Shown here: piece after piece, positions 39,837 to 49,081 of the stretch
Position numbering within the stretch: position 1 is the first letter of the stretch
Layout of the letters: every line of letters starts with the position of its first letter
Origin: an uncultured delta proteobacterium
GTDB lineage: Bacteria; Desulfobacterota; Syntrophorhabdia; Syntrophorhabdales; WCHB1-27
Direction of reading: 5' to 3'
DNA: 64,000 nt
Assembly (NCBI GenBank): GCA_963810935.1
Contig: CAWEPK010000008.1
Location: forward strand, 128,001-192,000
Position numbers and translations under genes: made by a program
Notes under the pieces: generated by a model
What the model was told of the DNA's origin: nothing
The model's database searches: none
Seen by the model: only the letters and a program-made list of their open reading frames with translations

Positions 39837-41554
39837 CTTTCCTTAACAGGAACGGGCCGATGGCGAGGGCATCGATCGGCGAGGTAAAAAAACATTCAAG
39901 GGCGTCAGTCGGCGTACAGACAATCGGCCGGGTGCGGGTATTGAAGGACGTGTTGACGAGGATGGGAATGCCCGTGCGCGACCGGAAGGCGGCCAGCAGG
40001 TCGTAATAAAGAGGGTTCTGGCTGCGGCTCACCGTCTGGATCCTTGCAGAATTATCTACGTGGCAGACTGCCGGTATCAGGGCCGCCTTTTCAGGCGGAA
40101 CATCGTGCACGAAAAGCATAAACGGAGAGGCGACGCCGCCGGTACAGAACCATTCATGGGCCTCTTCCTCCATGACAACAGGCGCGAGCGGCCTGAAGTC
40201 TTCCCGCTCCTTGATCCAGTTGAGTCTTTGCTGCATGTCCGCCCTGCGCGGAGAAGCCAGTATCGAGCGGCTGCCGAGGGCGCGCGGCCCGAACTCCATC
40301 CGCCCCTGGAACCACCCGAGGACCTTATCCTCCTCCAGCAGGCGGGCAGCAGCAGCCGCAATGTCATCCGGCCTCGACGCGGAAAGGCCCGCGGCGCGCA
40401 GGCAGGCTTCGATCTCCGCTGCCGAGTACTCCGGACCCAGATAGACGTCCTGCATCGGCGACGCCCGTTCCCCCTTTCCCTCCCGCAAATCAACGACGAG
40501 CGCAGCGCCGAGCGCCGTGCCTGCATCACCCGCAGCGGGCTGTATCCAGATGCGATCTGAACGGCCCCCTGTCCCTGATGGAGCTGTTGAGGACGCAGTT
40601 GAGGGCTACGCCGCCCGCCATGCAAAGGTCGGCCGCCCCGGTCGCACGCTGAAGCCACCGCGCGATCTCCAGTACCGCATCCTCCATGGCGACCTGCATC
40701 GAATGGGCTATGTCATAGTGGCGCTGCTGGAGTTTCTCTTCAGGGGCGCGGGCAGGCCCGAGCCGGCTCCATAGCCTGCTCGTGTCGATGGAATAGCGGC
40801 CTTCCTCGCCGACGCGGATCGCTTCCCTGAAAGCGCCCAGGAAGCGCGGCCGGCCAAGGGAGACCAGCGCCATGACCTTATACTCGTCCGACGAATGGAG
40901 AAAACCGAGGTGTGATGTGACTTGCTCGTAAAGAAGGCCGAGGGAATGGGGCATGACTACCTGCCCTAGCGGCTCGATGCGGCTCCCCTTGCCCAGCCCG
41001 TAGGTGGTCGTCGCTTTCTCTCCTCTGCCGTCGATGGTGAGTATCGCCGCTTCCTCGAAAGGCGAGACGAAGAACGCGCTCGCCGCATGGGAAAGGTGAT
41101 GGTCGACAAAATGCCAGCGGGACGGATCGATTGTCTTCATCTCCCTGAAGCGCAAGGAAAGGTGATGAGGAAATCCGCCTACCAGATGGCGGGGCGCATT
41201 GACGATATAGGAGAGAAAGAGGGGGTCCCATGCGGACTCCCATTCGGGGTCGATGGGCCGGATTGAGGGCTCCAGAGGCAGCTTGAGGGCCGTACCTGCG
41301 CTCTTCTTCTTGAGGCGCAGGTACGGGTCATACGAGTAAGCGAAATGGTCTACGTCCGCGAGGGTGGCATCCGCTTCGCGGAGGCAGTAATCGATGGCGT
41401 TGAACGGAAGCTCGTAAGCCGAGAACGGCACCGGCCGCTTGCCGTGCTTGATCCGGCTGAACCGTTCCTCTTCCGCTGCCGCGATCAGCCGGCCGTCGAC
41501 CACTGCGGCGGCTGACGAGTCATGGAAGGCCGCGTTTATGCCTAGTGTAAGCAA
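39826..41554 (-). CDS. NodU/CmcH-family O-carbamoyltransferase; +1 insertion near 40558
   Basis: LGINAAFHDSSAA, EEERFSRIKH, HHLSHAAS, DGRGE, AGGVALN | IWIQPAAGDAG, EFGPRALG, KEREDFRP, NTSFN. Confidence 0.93.
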
Positions 41555-42696
41555 GGGGCCAGCAGCTCCAGGGCGGCTCGGACTGCGTCCTGCGGGGCTA
41601 CGAGACCCAGGCACTCGTTCGTCCCGCGTGGACAGACGCTCTTATAGCAGTACTTGCAGGGGACGTCGTGAAATAGCACTTTGCTTGGCACCCTCCAGGG
41701 TGCGTGCTGCGGGTTGGTAAGCGCGTAAAGGCTGACTACGGGGGTACCGAGGGCCGCAGCCACGTGGGCCGGACCCGTGTTATTCGAGATCAGAAGCGCG
41801 GCAGACCCGATAAGCGCGGCGAGCCCCGAAAGGTCGAGGCGGCCGGCAAGAGACCACGTGCGGGCGCCGAGGCACCCCCGGATGGCGTCGACGAGCGGCA
41901 CCTCCGATTCATCGCCCGTAAAGACAATCGGCAGGTCCGTCTCGGCGGACAATGCCCGGCAGGCGTCGATGAAGCTCCCCGGCGGATAACGACGCGACGG
42001 GGCCGTAGCGCCCGGATGGACAACGACAAACGGCCTGCCTTCGATGCCCGCTTCTTCGAGGAGTCCGCCAACGTAGCTCACTGCCCCGTCCGGCACCTTG
42101 AGCGACAGCCTTTCATTCTCCGTCCTGCAGCCCGCATACGCCACAAGGTCGAGCTGCCTGCGCACCTCGTGGCGGACACCCCCGGCCGTCTCCGTTTCCG
42201 GAAGGCCCGCGCTTTCCGCGCCTCCATTGCCACGGACCGACCCCGGCTCGTTTTCAGGTATGTGGTCCGTCAGGAGCTGGTACGGGTTCTCGCGGCAATA
42301 GGCCAGTCTGAGCGGGATATCGGCCAGGTAGCACAAAAGGGCGGCAGGCAATGGGTTCTGGCTGTAGACGGTAAAGATCGCGGCTCCGTCGAGGCCGAGA
42401 CCGCGAAGCTGCTCGATTGCAGCATGGTCGGTCGAGCTTTCGCTCCGGCCCGGCGTAGCCTTCATCCAGGGTGCATCGTAGATAATTACTTCGTCGATTT
42501 CGGGGACAAGGCGCGCCGCTTCCGCCCCGTTTGAAGACGTCAGGAAAAAGAGCCTGCGGCCGGGCAGTGATTCTTTGAGGGCGCGGACGGCAGGCGTAGT
42601 CATGAGGACGTCGCCGATTGAGTCGAGCCGGACGCAGAGGACCCGCGCGGCTTTATCCCACGATGCGTTTACTGCGTGTTCCTGCCCGCCCGTCAC
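41542..42696 (-). CDS. GT9 heptosyltransferase-like (WaaF-like)
   Basis: VRLDSIGDVLMTTPA, HPGATAPSRRYP, SNNTGPAHVAAALGTP, CKYCYKSVCP. Confidence 0.92.
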   Translation of the reverse strand: MTGGQEHAVNASWDKAARVLCVRLDSIGDVLMTTPAVRALKESLPGRRLFFLTSSNGAEAARLVPEIDEVIIYDAPWMKATPGRSESSTDHAAIEQLRGLGLDGAAIFTVYSQNPLPAALLCYLADIPLRLAYCRENPYQLLTDHIPENEPGSVRGNGGAESAGLPETETAGGVRHEVRRQLDLVAYAGCRTENERLSLKVPDGAVSYVGGLLEEAGIEGRPFVVVHPGATAPSRRYPPGSFIDACRALSAETDLPIVFTGDESEVPLVDAIRGCLGARTWSLAGRLDLSGLAALIGSAALLISNNTGPAHVAAALGTPVVSLYALTNPQHAPWRVPSKVLFHDVPCKYCYKSVCPRGTNECLGLVAPQDAVRAALELLAPCLH

Positions 42697-43289
42697 GCCG
42701 CCCCGTGCCTTGCGTGGCCCGTACCGTCCCTGTCGCGTGCAATGATGACAAGGGCCGCTTCCGCCAGGTCGTCGACAAAATAATCGGGGGTCCTGTTTTC
42801 CGTCAGCTCCCATTCAGTCTCGCTGCCGTTATTCACGAGAATAGTCCTGCACCCGGCCCTGCGGCCGGCTGCTATATCGTTGAGTATGTCGCCTATCAGC
42901 CAGGAGGAGGCAAGGTCGATCCCGTGTGCGCGTGCCGCGTGCAATATGAGGCCGGGCGCGGGCTTGCGGCAAAAACAGGAAACCGAATAATTGGATACGA
43001 TGCCCTCCGGGTGATGGGGGCAGAAGCAGACGTCGAGGAGCGGGACTTCGATGCGGGAGCACATTTGCTCCAGGCGCTGCCTGACCCCCTGCAGCGCGCT
43101 CTCCGGAAAGAGCCCCTTCGCCACACCCGACTGGTTAGACACGACGACTACACTGTAGCCCGATTCGTGGAGGAGCCGCAGGCAAAAGGCCGCACCCTTG
43201 GCAAAGCGGATGCGCGCCGGGTCCACGTTGTACGGGACGTTCTCGATGAGCGTGCCGTCCTTATCGAGGAAGACGGCTTTTATGCCCAC
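42693..43289 (-). CDS. gmhB: D,D-heptose 1,7-bisphosphate phosphatase-like HAD-IIIA
   Basis: FLDKDGTL, VSNQSG, CPHHP..C.CRKP, IGD...DI.AG. Confidence 0.85.
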   Translation of the reverse strand: MGIKAVFLDKDGTLIENVPYNVDPARIRFAKGAAFCLRLLHESGYSVVVVSNQSGVAKGLFPESALQGVRQRLEQMCSRIEVPLLDVCFCPHHPEGIVSNYSVSCFCRKPAPGLILHAARAHGIDLASSWLIGDILNDIAAGRRAGCRTILVNNGSETEWELTENRTPDYFVDDLAEAALVIIARDRDGTGHARHGAA

Positions 43290-43308
43290 GACTGCCCTCC
43301 GGGGCTTT

Positions 43309-44034
43309 CTATGGCCACGACGTCTCCCGCATGGGAAGCACCATCACTTCGGGCAGCACGCTGCCTTCCGGCTGCAAGAGCAGGAAGTGGACGATCTCCG
43401 CTACATTGTCCGGGTCCTGAAGGTTGTTGATATCGATATCCGGAAAACGCTCCAGGAGAAACGGCGTGCGCATCCCTCCGACGACGAGGGCCGACACCTT
43501 GATATTGTACAGCCTGGCCTCCACATGCAGGGCGTGGGTAAAACCGAGAAGTCCCCACTTGCTCGCGTGATAGGCCGAGGCGTTCGCCCATGCCCTCTTG
43601 GCCGCGGTCGACGCCACGTTGATTATGTACCCGCTTCCCTGCCCCCGCATGATCGGGAAAACCGCTTTCGACGTCAGGAAAGGGCCCCTCAGGTTTGTTG
43701 AAAGGATCCGGTCCCAGTCTGAAACGGCCATCTCCTCGATGGACTGCGTGACGTCGGTGCCTGCATTGTTGATAAGCGCATCGATCCTGCCGTATTTCTC
43801 TACGGTTGAGCTTATCGCGGCCTGCACCTGCTCCTCGCGTCCTACGTCGAGCCTCATCGGCTCCACGCGCCCGCCCTTCGATTGAAGCTCCTCGGCTACG
43901 GCCTGGGCGTAGGACCAGCCGATATCCGCTACAACGACCACCGCATCGGCCTGCGCCAGGTTGCGGCAGATAGCGGCGCCCAGCCCGCGCCCGCCGCCTG
44001 TGACTATGATGATCTTGTCTTTAAGTGACTGCAC
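43309..44034 (-). CDS. SDR-family oxidoreductase
   Basis: TGGGRGLG, NNAG, S, YHASK. Confidence 0.92.
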   Translation of the reverse strand: MQSLKDKIIIVTGGGRGLGAAICRNLAQADAVVVVADIGWSYAQAVAEELQSKGGRVEPMRLDVGREEQVQAAISSTVEKYGRIDALINNAGTDVTQSIEEMAVSDWDRILSTNLRGPFLTSKAVFPIMRGQGSGYIINVASTAAKRAWANASAYHASKWGLLGFTHALHVEARLYNIKVSALVVGGMRTPFLLERFPDIDINNLQDPDNVAEIVHFLLLQPEGSVLPEVMVLPMRETSWP

Positions 44035-44124
44035 ATCGCCTCCGCTGAGAAAAGTTGCGGCCCCTGCCGCTTTTGTTTTCCTTACAAGCTCGACGGCTTC
44101 CTTATGACCGGGTTGTCATAGAGA

Positions 44125-45099
44125 TTACGCGGCGGCCCTCCCGGCCGCCTCGCTGCGACCGTTTACGATGGCCTTCAGCGTCGAATCCCAATCGGCGGTG
44201 AAACGCCCCATGCCGAAATGCTCCTGTGCGAAGCGGCGGGCGTTGGCGCCCAGCCTTCTGGCCTCATCGGGTCTGCGCAGCAGCTCCTGCATCTTAGCGA
44301 TGAGCGCCTGCACGTCCGTATCGACGTAGCCCGACACCCCGTTCTGCACGACCTTGGCCATCTCCGTCGTTGCCAGGCCGATTACGGGCATGCCCAACAT
44401 CATCGCTTCGCAGACGGCAAGCCCGAGGCTCGTGTAACGTATGGGATTGAAGAAAAAGCGATGGCGCGCAGCGAACCCCGGAAGCTCGGCGTGTCCTACC
44501 TCGCCCAGCCCGCCCGCCTCCTCGGAGCCCATTCCGACAAGCTCCAGCGGCACGCGGGCGCGCACCTCCTGGAAGACGTCGGCCCCTACCCTCCTCTCCC
44601 TCTTCGTGATGCCGTTGACTACAACGATACCCCGCTCGATTTCACCGGTATAGCTCGCGTGCGGCTCGGGGACGCCGTGCTCGATAACGCGCGTTCTCGT
44701 CCTGCCGCTGTCCCACATGAGGCGGTTGAAGTGGGTGACGTGGACGAGGAGTACGTCCGGGTCATCGACTATGTGCTTCGTGTCCGTCGGGTGGCTGCGG
44801 GGCGGGTCGTGCTCTATGTAGATACGCGGGCCCGTCCTCTGGCCCTCGCTCAATATATCGTACTGGTCTTCGAGGTAATTCTTTCGGGACTGGAAAATAA
44901 CACAGTCCAGGTCGAGATCCTTCACGTCTTCGGCGGGGACTTCCGTGACGTTGTCCGGCCAATCAAAACCTTTCGCGCAGCCGCCGTAGCCCTCCGGCTT
45001 GCCCGGCTTGACGGGCACGAAAAATTGGTGCGGCGTATGTACCAGATAAAAGAGGTAGCTTCCGTGAACATGCCATGTGAGCGCGCGTAGTTGTCTCAT
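44125..45099 (-). CDS. GT4-like glycosyltransferase
   Basis: LTWHVHGSYL, EHDPP, FFNPIRYTSLGLAVCEAM, NGVSGY. Confidence 0.85.
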   Translation of the reverse strand: MRQLRALTWHVHGSYLFYLVHTPHQFFVPVKPGKPEGYGGCAKGFDWPDNVTEVPAEDVKDLDLDCVIFQSRKNYLEDQYDILSEGQRTGPRIYIEHDPPRSHPTDTKHIVDDPDVLLVHVTHFNRLMWDSGRTRTRVIEHGVPEPHASYTGEIERGIVVVNGITKRERRVGADVFQEVRARVPLELVGMGSEEAGGLGEVGHAELPGFAARHRFFFNPIRYTSLGLAVCEAMMLGMPVIGLATTEMAKVVQNGVSGYVDTDVQALIAKMQELLRRPDEARRLGANARRFAQEHFGMGRFTADWDSTLKAIVNGRSEAAGRAAA

Positions 45100-45539
45100 G
45101 CCGCCATCCTTTTGATGATATCGGTTGCTTTCCCGGCAAGCGCTACGTAGCGGCCGGTGGGGTCTGCGGCCGGCACGGGTTTTATCCAGCGAGAAAGAAC
45201 GGCGCCGGCAAACTCGCACGATTCGCCTATGCGCAATGGTATGCCGGCGAGGTAGCACCTGTATGCGTCCGGATGGGGAGACCGGCCGGGACCGGTAAAG
45301 ATAATGGCGGCGTCGCAGGAAAGAGCGGCTATCATCGCGATGTATGAGCCTTCGTCTCTATCTCCCCTCTCGATTACGGCGTCTACGGCTGGAAGACCGG
45401 CTGCGGCGCCGTGAGGCGCCATAACGATGATGCGCGCAAAGGGCAGCGAGCTTCGCAGGAGAGTCAGGGCAGGAGGCAAGAAGGCTATCTCCTCGTATGG
45501 GTCAGGTAAAAATGCCAGAAGCCGATCGACCGGCGGCAT
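45096..45539 (-). CDS. Half-size GT9-like protein (N-terminal domain only)
   Basis: PALTLLRSSLP, VDAVI, DAAIIFT, YLAGIPLRIG mirror the N-half of 41542..42696; ATGA-coupled to the GT4 gene. Confidence 0.65.
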   Translation of the reverse strand: MPPVDRLLAFLPDPYEEIAFLPPALTLLRSSLPFARIIVMAPHGAAAGLPAVDAVIERGDRDEGSYIAMIAALSCDAAIIFTGPGRSPHPDAYRCYLAGIPLRIGESCEFAGAVLSRWIKPVPAADPTGRYVALAGKATDIIKRMAA

Positions 45540-45549
45540 GCTGTTAAAA

Positions 45550-46683
45550 CTACCCTATGGCCCCGTAGAGCGGCGCCCTTGTACTGGGCGGCTCTGCGTC
45601 CAGCTCGCATTTTCCCCGGCACAGCAGGTCTTCCACGGCCGCAAAGACTTTTTTGATGCCTGCATGATGCCGCACCCCGCGCCTCCCGGCCGCTATCCCG
45701 CCGTCGCCTCCCTGGGGACATGCGTTGACTGCCCGATGCAGGCGGCTGTCGGACGGAGCCCATCTCGCAGGGTCGGACCCCGTAAAGATCACGACGCTCG
45801 GCACGCGCAAAGCTGCAGCGAGGTGGGATACGCCTGTATCGTTGCAAACCAGCAGGCGGGCGTTCGAAAGCAGCACGGCGAGGGCGCCGAGCGTCGTACG
45901 GCCTGCCAGATCGAGGGGCTTCGACTCCATCGCGGCCGCCACTTTCCTGGTGAGTGACCTCTCGGGCCCATAACCCGTCAGCACGATAGGGAAACCGAGT
46001 CCGTAAACTGCGTCGGCCACGCGCGCAAACAACTCGGGCGGCCAGCGGCGCCCCTGCTCATGGGCGCCGGGGTGCACGCATACGTAAGCACCGGGCTCCA
46101 GCTTCCGCGCCTCCGGCACGAGCGAAAGCGCCTCCCGGTCTTCCTTCCGCAAGGGGAATTCCAGGCCCTCGCCCATGGGAGGTATGCCGAGGAGCGACAG
46201 GAGCCGCAAGTACCTGGTCGCTTCGGACTCGTCCTCCCGGTAAGGAAGGAAGCGCTTTGTGTCAGGGCAGAAACGGCCCGGTACGAAGAACCCTCCGTTA
46301 AGGCACGCGCCCAGCATCACCGTGAAAAGGTTCGTGATCGTCCCGTCGCCGTGGAGCTGCAAAGCCAGATCGAAACGGCGCTCCTGCATCGCAGCGAAGA
46401 AAGAGGGCAGCTTACCTATCTGCGTCCTCGCTTCGGGGATACCGGGGCAACCGGGAGATTCCACCAGCTCGTCTATATAACAATCGAACCTCGTCACGAA
46501 TTCTTTGGAGGATGGAAGACCGATCAGGCTTACGTGCGCCTCCGGCAGCGCGGTGCGCAGCGCGCGGAGGGCAGGCACCAGGCACAGCATGTCACCCAGG
46601 CCACTCAGCATCCGCACAACCGCTATGCTGTCTACCTGCCGGTCCAGGAGTTTCTCAGTTCTTCCCGTCACCCTCTCCGCCAA
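45550..46683 (-). CDS. GT9 heptosyltransferase-like
   Basis: GLGDMLCLVPAL, QLHGDG, HPGA...RRWP, CNDTGVSHLAAAL. Confidence 0.92.
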   Translation of the reverse strand: MAERVTGRTEKLLDRQVDSIAVVRMLSGLGDMLCLVPALRALRTALPEAHVSLIGLPSSKEFVTRFDCYIDELVESPGCPGIPEARTQIGKLPSFFAAMQERRFDLALQLHGDGTITNLFTVMLGACLNGGFFVPGRFCPDTKRFLPYREDESEATRYLRLLSLLGIPPMGEGLEFPLRKEDREALSLVPEARKLEPGAYVCVHPGAHEQGRRWPPELFARVADAVYGLGFPIVLTGYGPERSLTRKVAAAMESKPLDLAGRTTLGALAVLLSNARLLVCNDTGVSHLAAALRVPSVVIFTGSDPARWAPSDSRLHRAVNACPQGGDGGIAAGRRGVRHHAGIKKVFAAVEDLLCRGKCELDAEPPSTRAPLYGAIG

Positions 46684-46745
46684 TTCGGAGTCCCGGAGGG
46701 CGAAGCGCGAGGTCGAAGGTGCGCCTCAGGCGCAGCCGCCTAAAC

Positions 46746-47516
46746 TTACAATCTCTTGTAAATAAGCTCCGGGATGTAATATCTCCGTTTATTGAGGACC
46801 AACCCGAGCACGTTGCCGCCGTGCTGCGTGATCCTTTCCTTCACGCTCTGCACGACCGGCCACCTTGTCTTGTCCGCCTCGACCACGATCACTACGCCGT
46901 CGGCTTTTTTGAAAATGGAGAAACCGTCCGACGAGACGGTGGCCGGTGGTGAATCGACAAGGATCAGGTCGAACCGGTCTTTGAGGGCGCTCCAGGTCTT
47001 CTCGAAATTAGAGGAATCGAAAACATTCATGCTCGCATTCGAGTTGCGCGAGATAAGGCTGACAAATAAGTTCGAGTCGCCTACCCGGTAAAGCGCCCTC
47101 TCCGGGTTGTCCTGTCCCTGCACGATGTCATCCAGGCAATAATCGGGCGACACGTTGCAGAAAAAGTGCTGGGTCGGGTTGTGACGGTCCGCGTCGAGAA
47201 GAAGCACGGTCTGGCCGAGGGCGATCATCGCGACACGCGCGAATTCGCGCGTTATCGTCGAAGTGCCTTCGCCTTCGCTGGAGCCGATGAACTGGAGCAC
47301 CTTCTTCTTCCTGTTGGGAAGAAGCGATTCTATCGTATGGTAGAGATGGAGCATCTCCTCCTCCATCTCCATTTCAAACGAATAGATATCGGACTCCTGC
47401 GTCCCTTCCGCGATAGGAACGGCCTCCGGGGCCTCTAAGACGGGCGCCGTCTGCACCTGTTCCAACACCTTCTTTTCCCTCTGTGCCTGCTCCAACGCTT
47501 CATAGATCTTGCTCAT
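46746..47516 (-). CDS. CpsD/CapB-type tyrosine kinase domain with degenerate Walker A
   Basis: MSKIYEALEQA, GEGTST, LLLDAD, ILVDSPP, GLVLNK..YY. Confidence 0.85.
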   Translation of the reverse strand: MSKIYEALEQAQREKKVLEQVQTAPVLEAPEAVPIAEGTQESDIYSFEMEMEEEMLHLYHTIESLLPNRKKKVLQFIGSSEGEGTSTITREFARVAMIALGQTVLLLDADRHNPTQHFFCNVSPDYCLDDIVQGQDNPERALYRVGDSNLFVSLISRNSNASMNVFDSSNFEKTWSALKDRFDLILVDSPPATVSSDGFSIFKKADGVVIVVEADKTRWPVVQSVKERITQHGGNVLGLVLNKRRYYIPELIYKRL

Positions 47517-47641
47517 GGGTTGCTCCTCCCTATGTGCGGATATCGACCCTACTCATCCCTTCGCATTTCACAACAGCGGCCTCCCCTGACCGCCTACCCC
47601 ATACCCCTGGTTCTCTGCCATTCTTTGCGCTCTATCCCTTC

Positions 47642-49081
47642 CTACCCCTTATTCTCTATGCTCCCCAAGACCGGCAGCTCCAATCTTTTCTCAGCTATCT
47701 GGGGGGTCGAGAGGTGCTGGCCTGCATACTCGGAGAAGAAAGCCAGGCCGAGCCCTGATATGGAGCCTATTACCAGGGCGAGCATGAAGTTGTATCCCAT
47801 GCGGGGCTTTATGGGCTCGGTGGGGACGGAGGCTTCCTGGATGACGGAGACGTTCGCCATCTTCTGCCGGTTCATGGCATCCGCTATGCGGGCCTCTTCG
47901 GCCCTTTCCCTGTATATCTGGAAGTTCTTCTCGCTGACCTCTACGTCGCGCTTCAAGGTGGACAACTCCGTGCTCCGGGCATCCAGCTCACGCAGGCCCC
48001 TCTCTATAAGCGACATCTGCACCTTTAGGGAAGACCTTCTGGATTCCAGGGCTGCAAGGTCGCCCTTTGCCTTTACTATCTCCCTCTCCGCGTCGTCGTA
48101 GACGGGGTTCTTGCCCGTTATTATTTTCGGGACCTGGTTCTGCTTCTCTTTCTTCAGGAAGTTCTCGAGTATCGCTATCTCCTTCCTTACGTTGACGACC
48201 AGCCTGTTGTCCTCCTTATACTTCTCCAGAAGCTCCTGCTCCTTCATCCTTAAGGTAAGCAGGTGGGCGTTGGCGTCGTCCACTACCCTGAAGCGGGGCT
48301 CTTCCGACGAGACGGGCACGTTCCTGTCTATCGTGCGCATCTGGGACTGGAGGGAGGCTATCTTCCTTGCAATCTCCCCCATGCGGTTCTCCGCGTCCTT
48401 ATCCGAGCTGTCCGCCTCCAGCCTTTGCTTTAAGAGCATGCCCCTTTGCTCGTCTAACGAGTAAACCCCGTATCTCTGCTTGAACCCCTCGAGCTTGCCT
48501 TCCGCCTGGGTGAGCTTCTCCCTGTACCCCGACAACTGCTCGGCAAGGAAGGAGGACTTGGGGTCCGCGTATATCTGAAGGTGCTTCTCCCTGAAGTTAT
48601 CGACCAGGAGGTTGACCGCCTTGGCGCAGATCTCCGGGTTATGGTGCTGGAAGGAGACCTGGATGACGTTCGACTTCTTGACCGGCTCTACGATCAGGGA
48701 CCTCTTGAACTGGTTGATGGCTGCATCCGTCTTGGCTACCCCCGAGAAGGCGGACAGGCCCGGGTATACGTTCTGTATCCCCAGGGAGGCAAGCACCTTG
48801 CCTATGATGTCGTGGTTCATTAGTATCTGCACTTCCGAGTTGAGAAGCTCCTCCTGGCCGGAGGCCATGGGGGTGGGCCTGCCTTCCCCTACCTCAGGCG
48901 TATAGAGGTACTCCCTGCCGAACTTGACTAAAAGGGAGGACTTTGCCTCGTAAGTGGGGGAGATAAGGAAGGTGCCTATGGTGACTGCGGCCACTACGGC
49001 GAAGAAGGTTATGATGATCTTCTGTTTGTGCTTGAAGAGGACGGTCAGTATGTCTCTTACGCTGCCGGTGTTGTCGTTCAT
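47642..49081 (-). CDS. GumC/Wzc-type polysaccharide co-polymerase (membrane part)
   Basis: Two TM helices flanking a long coiled coil, PTYEAKS, A.VPTEPIKP, E..LELPVLGSI. Confidence 0.9.
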   Translation of the reverse strand: MNDNTGSVRDILTVLFKHKQKIIITFFAVVAAVTIGTFLISPTYEAKSSLLVKFGREYLYTPEVGEGRPTPMASGQEELLNSEVQILMNHDIIGKVLASLGIQNVYPGLSAFSGVAKTDAAINQFKRSLIVEPVKKSNVIQVSFQHHNPEICAKAVNLLVDNFREKHLQIYADPKSSFLAEQLSGYREKLTQAEGKLEGFKQRYGVYSLDEQRGMLLKQRLEADSSDKDAENRMGEIARKIASLQSQMRTIDRNVPVSSEEPRFRVVDDANAHLLTLRMKEQELLEKYKEDNRLVVNVRKEIAILENFLKKEKQNQVPKIITGKNPVYDDAEREIVKAKGDLAALESRRSSLKVQMSLIERGLRELDARSTELSTLKRDVEVSEKNFQIYRERAEEARIADAMNRQKMANVSVIQEASVPTEPIKPRMGYNFMLALVIGSISGLGLAFFSEYAGQHLSTPQIAEKRLELPVLGSIENKG

